From the NCBI GenBank assembly GCA_910577075.1, contig CAJTKV010000005.1, positions 680 through 64,679 on the forward strand: a stretch of DNA of 64,000 nucleotides. The letters are read 5' to 3'. The translations under genes were made by a program, and so were the position numbers. The DNA is from an uncultured Bacilli bacterium (GTDB lineage: Bacteria > Bacillota_I > Bacilli_A > RF39 > UBA660). Of the stretch, positions 41,101 through 49,927 are shown piece after piece. The notes below the pieces were generated by a model. The model worked only from the letters and a program-made list of their open reading frames with translations. It did no database searches and was not told the DNA's origin. Position 1 is the first letter of the stretch; each line of letters begins with the position of its first letter.

Positions 41101-41772
41101 TTAAACCTCCTTAACTATTTGACCATCCTCAATCTTAATTATTCGATCAGCTTTAGCAGCAATATCAAGATTATGGGTAATCATTACTATTGTTTGGTTA
41201 TATTTTTTATTAGACATCTTTAAAAGATCGACAATCTCATCACTAGCCTTAGAATCAAGGTTTCCCGTGGGTTCATCAGCTAAAATAATGGCCGGGTGAG
41301 TAATAAGCGCTCTTCCAATACTCGTTCTTTGTTGTTGACCACCAGACAGTTCATTTGGCAAATGTTTTCTTCTTGATGAAAGACCTAAAGTATTCAAAAG
41401 ACTATTTAGTTCTTTTTCTTCAACCTTTCGACCATCTAATTCTAATGGTAAAGTAATATTTTCTTCAACATTTAGAATAGGGATTAAATTATAAAATTGG
41501 TATATAAGTCCCACTTGTCTTCTTCTAAATATTGCTATCTTGTCATCATTCATAGCAAAAATATCTTTATCGTCAATAAATACTTTGCCACTGGTAGGGC
41601 GGTCTACTCCACCAATTAGATGAAGTAATGTTGACTTTCCACTTCCACTGGCACCAACTATGGCAACAAACTCACCTTTATTAACACTAAATGATACATC
41701 ATCTAGAGCAACAACTTTATTTTCTCCTTTTCCATAAATTTTAGTTAAACCTTCAACTTTTAAAATTTCCAT
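41101..41772 (-). CDS. ABC transporter ATP-binding protein (BceA/LolD-like)
   Basis: Motifs GASGSGKSTLL, LSGGQQQRTSIGRAL and ILADEPTGNLD. Confidence 0.85.
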   Translation of the reverse strand: MEILKVEGLTKIYGKGENKVVALDDVSFSVNKGEFVAIVGASGSGKSTLLHLIGGVDRPTSGKVFIDDKDIFAMNDDKIAIFRRRQVGLIYQFYNLIPILNVEENITLPLELDGRKVEEKELNSLLNTLGLSSRRKHLPNELSGGQQQRTSIGRALITHPAIILADEPTGNLDSKASDEIVDLLKMSNKKYNQTIVMITHNLDIAAKADRIIKIEDGQIVKEV

Positions 41773-41859
41773 AATATTTCTCCTTTCAAAACAATTACAT
41801 TATATGATACTAAAATGACATATAAGTGACATATAAAAAAAACAATTAAATTTGGCACT

Positions 41860-42708
41860 TTAATTGTTTTTACTTAACCAATCTACTATTAGATTAGCAA
41901 CATCTTCTTCATGATGATTATATGTATGTCCTGAATCTTTGATAAAAGATACTTCAAAATCTGGGCAATTGATAGCTTTTTCTTTTAGCAATTCAATCTT
42001 AGAATATGGGCCAGTTTCATTGCTACCGGAAAATGCTAGAGTTTTTACTTTTATGCTATTAAATTGTTCAAAATTTTGGGGATTTCTCTCAATAGGAATA
42101 TTATCTATATTATTGCCTTCTAAATAGAAGTTCAAGAAATTTTCGGAACTTGTATAACTATATCCATCTAATAGCTCGTTCAATAATTTTTTCGGATTGC
42201 CATTATTGACATTTGCTTGAGCCTCTTTGACTAAATCTTCATATGTTGGCTCCTCTAGCAGGGTTAAACCAACCATATCAGGAGGAGAGGCAAGAATTAA
42301 GCCATTTATATGAGGATTCTTTTTATAGATATAGTATATAACTTTGTTACAACCTAAACTGTGTCCCATTAAGATTACTTTCTCATATCCTAGTTCATAG
42401 GCTTTATTTAACCAAAGATCGACATCATACAAGCTCTCTTCAAATATTTCAAAAGTTGCACCACAGCGTTTTAAGTCATCTTCCTTTGTTATAATGTCGT
42501 TTATATGACCATACCCACGATTATGTCCGTAGATAAAACCAATATTATTTTCATTAAATATACGTCCCCATATGTGAGCAAAATAGTTTTCTAAAACATT
42601 TCCGCCTTGACCATGAATAAAGACAATACAAGTACCTTTAGAGATAGTTTCCCAGTGAAAGGCACTTAATCTTAATCCATCACTGGTATAATCATAAATT
42701 TGTTCCAT
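41860..42708 (-). CDS. Alpha/beta hydrolase (GxSxG esterase/lipase family)
   Basis: Nucleophile elbow GHSLGC; 282 aa. Confidence 0.65.
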   Translation of the reverse strand: MEQIYDYTSDGLRLSAFHWETISKGTCIVFIHGQGGNVLENYFAHIWGRIFNENNIGFIYGHNRGYGHINDIITKEDDLKRCGATFEIFEESLYDVDLWLNKAYELGYEKVILMGHSLGCNKVIYYIYKKNPHINGLILASPPDMVGLTLLEEPTYEDLVKEAQANVNNGNPKKLLNELLDGYSYTSSENFLNFYLEGNNIDNIPIERNPQNFEQFNSIKVKTLAFSGSNETGPYSKIELLKEKAINCPDFEVSFIKDSGHTYNHHEEDVANLIVDWLSKNN

Positions 42709-42767
42709 AAAATCACCCTTTATATGTATAGATTATAACATATGTTTTTGAACAATTATCTATTTTC

Positions 42768-43460
42768 TTATTTAACTTTAGTAAAATCAATTTTTACAGT
42801 AACATCATAGGCATCTGAACATTCCTTTTTGGAAAGACCTGTCTCTTGCATTAAAAATTTTATAGCCTCTTCTTTGCTGGGAAATTTAGATATTTCTTCT
42901 TTTAGTTCAGACATTCTTTGCACTGATAATCTAAAGTCGTTAATGGAAATCTTAGACTCTTTTCCATAAGCGTGTGTTTCGATATAGCGCATCATTTGAT
43001 TATATAAAGCAATATAGAAAATACAGGCAAGAAGACCGGCGATGGTACATATCAAATATAAATCTACTTTTTGATAGTTTAAAGCAACTATTAAGACAAT
43101 CCAAGAAATAAAGCTTAGTATTATTTTAGATAGATGTTCTTTTTTCCATTTACTTTTAAAATAGTTTATCTTATCTTTCAAAGTAAATATACTATTTTCT
43201 AAGGCACTAAATAGATTATTATCGGCAACTTCTTTAAATGCAGCATCGGGTAATCTTTCTCCAGCAAAAAACTCATTAAGGGTTATATCTAATATGCGAC
43301 ATATTTCTCTATAAAGAGAAACATCAGGTAGACAAACACCATTTTCCCATTTAGAGACTGACTTATCTGTAACTCCTAACATATTTGCTAGCTCTAGTTG
43401 TGTTATTTTTTTAGCTTTACGACATTCGGCAATTAATTTGCCAATTTTTTCTTGATTCAT
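42768..43460 (-). CDS. XRE-family HTH regulator with C-terminal membrane domain
   Basis: HTH ITQLELANMLGVTDKSVSKWENG, followed by two TM helices. Confidence 0.65.
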   Translation of the reverse strand: MNQEKIGKLIAECRKAKKITQLELANMLGVTDKSVSKWENGVCLPDVSLYREICRILDITLNEFFAGERLPDAAFKEVADNNLFSALENSIFTLKDKINYFKSKWKKEHLSKIILSFISWIVLIVALNYQKVDLYLICTIAGLLACIFYIALYNQMMRYIETHAYGKESKISINDFRLSVQRMSELKEEISKFPSKEEAIKFLMQETGLSKKECSDAYDVTVKIDFTKVK

Positions 43461-43612
43461 AATATCTCTCCTCGTAAAGTATAATACAATATTTCATAAA
43501 TTTCTAACACCCCTTGAAAGTAGAGTTACGCAAATATAATTGTATGTTTATTAGTATTCTAGTATTTATCTTTTGATATATTCCATTACTTTTAATATAC
43601 TGATGACTGTAC

Positions 43613-44281
43613 TTATTTCAAACCATTAGTCCAAGTTTTAATATCAGAACTTGACGCTCCAGAACTAAAACGATGTCCTGACACCCAATTTCCACCTTTT
43701 GCCTCTTGTTTTAGTAAATCACCACTTTGTCCTAGACCGCTTGAAGCAGAAGTGCAGAAAGGAATGACTGTTTTACCATTGAAATCATTAGCTTTAACGA
43801 ATGTATCTACTGGCCATGCGGCAATACCCCACCAGATTGGATAACCAATTAAAACAGTATCATAACTATCCCAAGTATCTACTTTGGTATTTTTTAATTT
43901 TATATCTCTTAGAGATTCATCTTCGTGTTCTTTTGTTACTCTTGAATTATTGTCAGTCCAATCTAAATCGGATGAAGTATAAGGATTGATCGGCTCTATT
44001 TCAAAAAGTTCGGCATTTAAATTATCTGCAACTTGTTCAGCAACCTTTTTAGTTGAACCAGATGCTGAAAAGTATACTACAAGAGTTTTTCCATTAGATG
44101 GTTTTGTTATATCATCTTGTCTCTTATCAATATCTTCTGTAGGTTCGATTACAGTTGGATTTGTAGGAGTATTATTTTCTTTTTCTTGTGGTTCGTTATT
44201 ATTGCTCACTAAAAAATATCCTAGAATTCCTACTACGGCAATTATAATAACTGCGACAATTCCTATAATTACTTTTTTCAT
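43613..44281 (-). CDS. Membrane-anchored flavodoxin-domain protein (extracytoplasmic)
   Basis: N-terminal TM anchor and a Pro/Thr linker. The flavodoxin motif is TLVVYFSASGSTKKVAEQVA ... YDTVLIGYPIWWG. Confidence 0.65.
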   Translation of the reverse strand: MKKVIIGIVAVIIIAVVGILGYFLVSNNNEPQEKENNTPTNPTVIEPTEDIDKRQDDITKPSNGKTLVVYFSASGSTKKVAEQVADNLNAELFEIEPINPYTSSDLDWTDNNSRVTKEHEDESLRDIKLKNTKVDTWDSYDTVLIGYPIWWGIAAWPVDTFVKANDFNGKTVIPFCTSASSGLGQSGDLLKQEAKGGNWVSGHRFSSGASSSDIKTWTNGLK

Positions 44282-44292
44282 TCTAATTCACC

Positions 44293-45183
44293 TTACCAAT
44301 TCTTATTGTCCTTACGGCAATCCTCATTTGTTCTTCTTTCCTTAACAATGTTGTCAAACAATTCAACCATAGTTGGATCTTGGTGATTAAAGAATAAACT
44401 ATCACTTGTATTTAATTTATTGATTTCTTTCATATCTTCATCAGTTAGTCTAAAATCAAATACATTAAAGTTTTGTTCCATTCTTTCCACATGAGTAGAT
44501 TTACAAGCAATGATAACACCTCTTTGAATTATCCATCTTAAAATTACTTGTGCAGAACTCTTATCATATTTTTTACCAATATTAACAAGCGTTTCATTTT
44601 CAAAAAGTCCATTTCTTCCTTCTCCAAATGGAGCCCATGCTTCAATATGTACTCCATACTTTTCCATATTTTCTTGTGCTTTAAATTGGGCATTAATTGG
44701 ATTTGTTTCTACTTGATTTACTGCTGGAATTACTTTTCTATCAAATAAACAAATGTCAGTTAGTCTATCTGGATAAAAGTTAGATACTCCAATTGCTTTG
44801 ATTTTTCCTTCTTCATATAAATCTTCCAAAGCTCTATATGCTCCATAGTAATCACTAAATGGTTGATGAAGTAATACTAGATCAATATAATCAACCTTTA
44901 ACTTCTTTAATGATTCTTCTACAGATTTCTTACAATTTTCATAACCATAATTATCAATCCATACCTTAGTTGTAATAAATAGTTCTTCTCTTGGTACTCC
45001 ACATTCAGAAATTGCCTCTACAACTTCTGCCTCATTAAAATAACTTTGTGCTGTATCAATGCTTCTATATCCCACCTTAATAGCATCTAACACACATCTT
45101 TTTGTTTCTTCCTTAGGTATTTGATAAACTCCAAATCCTAAAATTGGCATTTCTATACCATTGTTCAATTTTACATATTCCAT
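44293..45183 (-). CDS. Aldo/keto reductase
   Basis: N-terminal LNNGIEMPILGFGVYQI and the AKR catalytic tetrad context; 296 aa. Confidence 0.85.
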   Translation of the reverse strand: MEYVKLNNGIEMPILGFGVYQIPKEETKRCVLDAIKVGYRSIDTAQSYFNEAEVVEAISECGVPREELFITTKVWIDNYGYENCKKSVEESLKKLKVDYIDLVLLHQPFSDYYGAYRALEDLYEEGKIKAIGVSNFYPDRLTDICLFDRKVIPAVNQVETNPINAQFKAQENMEKYGVHIEAWAPFGEGRNGLFENETLVNIGKKYDKSSAQVILRWIIQRGVIIACKSTHVERMEQNFNVFDFRLTDEDMKEINKLNTSDSLFFNHQDPTMVELFDNIVKERRTNEDCRKDNKNW

Positions 45184-45200
45184 ATTCTCATCCTTTCCAA

Positions 45201-45320
45201 ATTGACAATAATTTCAATTTACACTATAATTATAAATGTCGTGAGTTACACTCGGTCAATATTTTTTTGTTATTTTGTTAAAATTTTTGTTGACTGTGTG
45301 TAACTCCCTTGTTTTAGAAT
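45201..45320. promoter_or_regulatory. Divergent promoter region with two MerR-type 19-bp-spacer promoters plus a consensus sigma-A promoter
   Basis: The minus strand reads TTGACC-(19 nt, GAGTGTAACTCACGACATT)-TATAAT toward the AKR gene. The plus strand reads TTGACT-(19 nt, GTGTGTAACTCCCTTGTTT)-TAGAAT toward merR. The two spacers share the GTGTAACTC core. A perfect TTGACA-17-TATAAT also occurs on the plus strand at 45201-45229. Confidence 0.45.
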
Positions 45321-45342
45321 GATCTTAGTGGTGAAATTAAAG

Positions 45343-45768
45343 ATGACAAAAACTGATAAATTATATTCAATGAAAGAAACTTGTGAAATGACGGGACTTA
45401 CATATGATGCATTAAAGTTTTATTGTAATGAGGGGTTAATTCCAAATGTAAAAAGAAATAAGAGCAACTATCGGGTATTCGATGAGAATGATATTAATTG
45501 GATTAAAAGTTTATCTTGTCTAAAAAATTGTGGTATGAGTATTGTTGAAATGAAAGAATATCTTGATTTATGCTTAAAAGGAGAACCATCAATACCAGAA
45601 AGGAAAGTTATTTTGGATGCTAAACTTCGTGAGTTAGAACATAAAAAGCAAGAAATTCAAGATAGTATTGATTATATCCATTGGAAACAACAATTTTATA
45701 ATGATGTATTATCTGGAAAAACAAAATATTTCAGTTATTTAATTCCAACAGAAAATGATGACAAGTAA
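45343..45768 (+). CDS. MerR-family transcriptional regulator
   Basis: The HTH MKETCEMTGLTYDALKFYCNEGLIPNVKR is followed by a coiled-coil. Confidence 0.75.
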   Translation: MTKTDKLYSMKETCEMTGLTYDALKFYCNEGLIPNVKRNKSNYRVFDENDINWIKSLSCLKNCGMSIVEMKEYLDLCLKGEPSIPERKVILDAKLRELEHKKQEIQDSIDYIHWKQQFYNDVLSGKTKYFSYLIPTENDDK

Positions 45769-45790
45769 GTCATCATTTTTATATTAAAAA

Positions 45791-45901
45791 TTATTGCTTT
45801 TTTGATTTTTCTTCTTTTTTCTTTTTGCTCCACCAAGTACCAGTAAGTGTACAGCCTCCACCAATAAATATAAATAGTATCATAAATATCCAAAATTCCA
45901 T
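45791..45901 (-). CDS. Small membrane peptide (36 aa)
   Basis: GGAGGT RBS; translates to MEFWIFMILFIFIGGGCTLTGTWWSKKKKEEKSKKQ. Confidence 0.35.
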   Translation of the reverse strand: MEFWIFMILFIFIGGGCTLTGTWWSKKKKEEKSKKQ

Positions 45902-45927
45902 ATTCTACCTCCTAAAATCTTTTTTTA

Positions 45928-46509
45928 CTATAATTTTTTCATTATGAATATTTCAATTATAAAAATAATAAATGTTATTAAACCTGTCAAAATTGCTAAC
46001 AATATTTTTTGATAATTTCTTTTTCCAATTTCTTGTTGTACTTCTTCATAAGATAATGATTTATTTTCCATAAAAGCAATAATCTCTTTAAAGGTTTGAA
46101 TATCATTCTTCTTTTTAAATTTCTCAATGACTATTGCTGTTACAAATGTTATTACAAAAAATAATGTCCAAATAATAACTCCAATGTATCCATCTAAGGT
46201 AAATAATGGATATGCACTAAACATAACAATTAACATTTCTACTATGAAAATATAACTCATTATATTAAAATTTTGTGTTTTTTCTTTACTTACTTTATTT
46301 CTCATCTCCTCTATATCGCCTTTTATAAAATCATCTAGAGTTACATGAAAAATGTTAGATAACATAGTTAAACTTTTTATATCAGGATAACTTTTATTTG
46401 TTTCCCAATTAGATATTGTTTGCCTTGAAACACATACTTTCAATGCTAATTCATCTTGTGAAATATTTTGCTTTTCTCTGTATTTTTTAATTCTTGCTCC
46501 AACATTCAT
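45928..46509 (-). CDS. XRE-family HTH regulator with C-terminal membrane domain
   Basis: GGAGGTG RBS before MNVGARIKKYREKQNISQDELALKV, and three TM helices. Confidence 0.65.
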   Translation of the reverse strand: MNVGARIKKYREKQNISQDELALKVCVSRQTISNWETNKSYPDIKSLTMLSNIFHVTLDDFIKGDIEEMRNKVSKEKTQNFNIMSYIFIVEMLIVMFSAYPLFTLDGYIGVIIWTLFFVITFVTAIVIEKFKKKNDIQTFKEIIAFMENKSLSYEEVQQEIGKRNYQKILLAILTGLITFIIFIIEIFIMKKL

Positions 46510-46656
46510 TTTGCACCTCCAATTACATTTTATATGAAAAAAATATTTTTGTCTGTCAAAAGTCTTTGACATCTAGTTATTAGTAATGAATTATAGTAAA
46601 TTATTTTCCTGAATTATATCAAAAAAAGAGTAAATCTTAAATATTTACTCTAGTAG

Positions 46657-48630
46657 TTATTTTTGTCTCTTATTTTTAATAAAATCACATATTATTTGAG
46701 TTGTCTTTTCAACGCCAATTGAAGAATCAATACATAAATCATAATTATTTACATCGCCAAATTTATTATTGGAAATTAGTTTATAATAATTTGCTCTATT
46801 TCTGTCAGATTTAGTGATGTTCTTTTTTGCATCAGATTCACTATCTCCATACATTTCTATAACGCTATTAATGCGATATTCTTCTGGAGCATAAATAAAT
46901 ATTCTAATTATGTTTTTATTGTTTCTTAAAACGTAATCTGCTGCTCTACCAACAATTACACATGAGCCCTTTTTAGCAATCTTTTTAATTACTTTTTCTT
47001 GGGCTTCTATTGCATATTTTACTGGTGCGGTTGTTAAATATAAGTCGTGTAAAATATTATTTTTTTGATTTAATTTAGAAATAAATTCTTTGTCTAAGCC
47101 ACTGTCTTGGGCAGCAATCGCTGTTAGTTCCTTGTAGTAATATGGAACATCAAGCTTTTTAGCTACTTGTTCACCAATATATTTTCCCTTTGATCCATGC
47201 ATTCTACTAATGGTGATAATAACGCCATCTTTGCTATCCAATATCTTTACATTTTCACTATTTGTTATTGCTTCTTTTCCTAACTTATTAAAGAATAAGG
47301 CTAGTAAAACAATTGTAATGATAATACCAGTTAAGTCTGCAATAGGTGCTGCATATAATATTCCTTCGATGCCCATATACTTTGGCAATATAATTACTAA
47401 AGGAACAAATAGCACAATATCGCGGGCAAGGGAAACGATAGATGCCTTTACTGGATTACCAACAGTTTGAAAGAAAATGCTACTGATCTTAATAGTGCAA
47501 GTAAATACTATAAAGAACAAGAAAATTCTAAATGTTTTGATTGCAAATTCCATATACAAATCAGATTCTGTACCAAACATTTTGATAATAATGCTAGGGC
47601 ATAATTCAAATATAAGCATAGATATAAGACCAACAATAACAGTTGAAATTAATGCTAGTTTGAATGTTTTCTTAACTCGTGTCATTTGTTTTGCTCCATA
47701 ATTATATCCAAGTATTGGCTGAGCTCCTAAAATAATTCCTACTGCTACATTAATGACAATAGTAAATACTTTCATGCAAATTCCAATAACGGCAATTGGT
47801 ATGTCTGCTCCATATTTTGACTGTGCTCCATATTTTGCTAGCATAATATTGCATACTAAACTTATAACCACTATACTCATTTGAGTAATAAATGTCGATA
47901 TTCCTAGTTTTATTACATTACTGAATATTCCGAAATTTACTTTAAAACTAGACCAACTAAGTTTAAATGTCTTCGTCTTAGTAAAATATATTATTGAAAC
48001 AATAAGTGATAGGCATTGTCCAATTACTGTTGCCCATGCAGCACCTTTAATTCCCCACTTAAATGCAAATATAAAGATTGGATCTAAAATTATATTTGTG
48101 ATTGCTCCAATAAGAGTTGATGCCATTGAAAATCCTGGACTTCCATCAGCTCTTATGACGGCATTCATTCCGTTGACCATCATATAAACCGGTATGAATA
48201 TAAGAATTATTCTAAAATAATCTTGCGCTATTGGAAGTGTTACATTACTAGCACCAAATAAGAATAATAATTTATTCATAAAAACATATCCTAAAACAAC
48301 AAATAGAATACTAATAATGAAGTTAATTAAAATTCCCTTACCAATGGCAATATGAGCGTTTTTCGTGTCCTTTCTTCCTTGGCACAATGACAGATACGCA
48401 GCAGAACCATCTCCTATTGCCCAAGCAAATGCGACCGAAATAATTGTAATAGGAAATACAATGCTCGTTGCAGCATTTCCTAGAAAACCTAGTTCACTAT
48501 TTCCAATAAATATTTGATTCACAATATTATAAAGTGAACTAATTAGTAAAGATAAAATACCAGGAATAGAAAATTTAAGTAATAGTTTAGATACACTTTC
48601 TTTTCCGAGATATTTATTGTTACTTTCCAT
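46657..48630 (-). CDS. MATE-family efflux transporter fused to a C-terminal cytidylate-kinase-like (Cytidylate_kin2-type) domain
   Basis: About 450 aa form a 12-TM MATE core. The C-terminal 200 aa (ITISRMHGSKGKYIGEQVAKKLDVPYYYKE...) match the cytidylate kinase-like family. The start is at MESNNKYLG, which has an AAGGAGG RBS. Confidence 0.7.
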   Translation of the reverse strand: MESNNKYLGKESVSKLLLKFSIPGILSLLISSLYNIVNQIFIGNSELGFLGNAATSIVFPITIISVAFAWAIGDGSAAYLSLCQGRKDTKNAHIAIGKGILINFIISILFVVLGYVFMNKLLFLFGASNVTLPIAQDYFRIILIFIPVYMMVNGMNAVIRADGSPGFSMASTLIGAITNIILDPIFIFAFKWGIKGAAWATVIGQCLSLIVSIIYFTKTKTFKLSWSSFKVNFGIFSNVIKLGISTFITQMSIVVISLVCNIMLAKYGAQSKYGADIPIAVIGICMKVFTIVINVAVGIILGAQPILGYNYGAKQMTRVKKTFKLALISTVIVGLISMLIFELCPSIIIKMFGTESDLYMEFAIKTFRIFLFFIVFTCTIKISSIFFQTVGNPVKASIVSLARDIVLFVPLVIILPKYMGIEGILYAAPIADLTGIIITIVLLALFFNKLGKEAITNSENVKILDSKDGVIITISRMHGSKGKYIGEQVAKKLDVPYYYKELTAIAAQDSGLDKEFISKLNQKNNILHDLYLTTAPVKYAIEAQEKVIKKIAKKGSCVIVGRAADYVLRNNKNIIRIFIYAPEEYRINSVIEMYGDSESDAKKNITKSDRNRANYYKLISNNKFGDVNNYDLCIDSSIGVEKTTQIICDFIKNKRQK

Positions 48631-48665
48631 AACTTTCCTCCTTCTTATCTGACCCTTATTGGGCA

Positions 48666-48702
48666 TTAAAAAATGCGCATAAACAGTCTTGTTTATACGC
48701 AT
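48666..48702 (-). terminator. Intrinsic terminator/attenuator hairpin inside the 5' UTR of the MATE-CMK gene
   Basis: On the minus strand, AUGCGUAUAAACA-AGAC-UGUUUAUGCGCAU (13 bp with one G-U pair) is followed by UUUUUU. The hairpin ends 40 nt upstream of the start codon. The flanking gene is divergent, so this cannot terminate an upstream gene. Confidence 0.5.
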
Positions 48703-48889
48703 ATAGCTGGATCAGACATCAATAATTTTATCATATTTATATTTTTTTCGTAAGTTTTTTTATAATTTTTTTAATTATACTTTAATCTTTTATTTGCATA
48801 AGAATATCTGAGCATAAAATAAATTTTACAAATACATATGATGATGATATAATATCTAATCAAATGATGAAAAGGGGAAAGAGACATCT

Positions 48890-49888
48890 ATGAAAAAGTT
48901 TATTGAACTTGGCAATATATTTGATTTTTATGAAAACACAATATTTGGGTATATTGTCTATGATATAGAAAGTAAAGAAGTTAAGTATTATTCTTTTTTT
49001 AATAAAGAAGATATTTATACACCGGGTGTTTTACATGAATTTGATCCATTTAATAAAGATCCTAATTATTATGTTAATGATCATGATTTCTTTGGTAGAA
49101 AAAAGAGAACAACTATATCGCCTAGTTTACCAGAGGAATTAGTTGAATATATTAACTCAGCTATATTACTACATCGATCCTTCAATAAAAATAATAACTT
49201 ACCTACAGAATATTTGGATGAAAATAAAAAGTATATATCTATTGATTATAATATGAGTTTTGGCTCTTTTCTTGATAGAAGTTTAGAACTGTTATCCTCA
49301 GCATTTTATAATGCAGGAGATAACTCAATTAATTTTCACGTTTCTAAGCAGGATTGGTCTTCTTTACCTAAGGAAATTAAAGATAAACTTAAGTATGTAG
49401 CAAGACATGAGGTCGGGCATATGAAAGTTACTAATTATACATTAGATGAAAGTAATAGCAAGTTACTTGTTCAGACGGGATTCAATCACGATTCAATGGA
49501 TGTAAAATTATTTAAAACAGATGATGGAGATGCCGTTTATGTTTTAGGCGAAATTGATTATAATAAGGACAAAGAAATTGAGATTGGCTTGGAAGAAATT
49601 GCCAATGACTTCGATTGCCTTGTGGCTTCAAATGGAGATTTTCCAGTAAGTTATACAGAAATAGGTCGAGATTTGAATCGTTTATTTGGAGGAAAGTTAT
49701 TAGAATTTAGATATAATGCAACTGTTGATGATTTAGTGGCATATCTAAGAGAGATAATTCCAAGTGAAGATATGGCTTACGAACTATTAGATACATTAAC
49801 TCATGTCATATATATTGATGAAAGAGAGAAGTATGAACAAAAGGCCTTATCAATGATGAAAACTTATGAAAAAGAATTAGCAAAATAA
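48890..49888 (+). CDS. Hypothetical cytoplasmic protein with an HExxH motif (putative metallopeptidase-like)
   Basis: The motif is ARHEVGHMKV; there is no signal peptide; 332 aa. Confidence 0.5.
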   Translation: MKKFIELGNIFDFYENTIFGYIVYDIESKEVKYYSFFNKEDIYTPGVLHEFDPFNKDPNYYVNDHDFFGRKKRTTISPSLPEELVEYINSAILLHRSFNKNNNLPTEYLDENKKYISIDYNMSFGSFLDRSLELLSSAFYNAGDNSINFHVSKQDWSSLPKEIKDKLKYVARHEVGHMKVTNYTLDESNSKLLVQTGFNHDSMDVKLFKTDDGDAVYVLGEIDYNKDKEIEIGLEEIANDFDCLVASNGDFPVSYTEIGRDLNRLFGGKLLEFRYNATVDDLVAYLREIIPSEDMAYELLDTLTHVIYIDEREKYEQKALSMMKTYEKELAK

Positions 49889-49927
49889 TATTGCAAAAAA
49901 AGAAGACCATTTATATTTGGTCTTTTT

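Noticed and set aside
46657-48702. In-frame N-terminal extension of the MATE gene (MRINKTVYAHF...)
   Set aside because: The extension would translate through the 5'-UTR terminator hairpin. A strong AAGGAGG RBS precedes Met25, so the shorter start is preferred.
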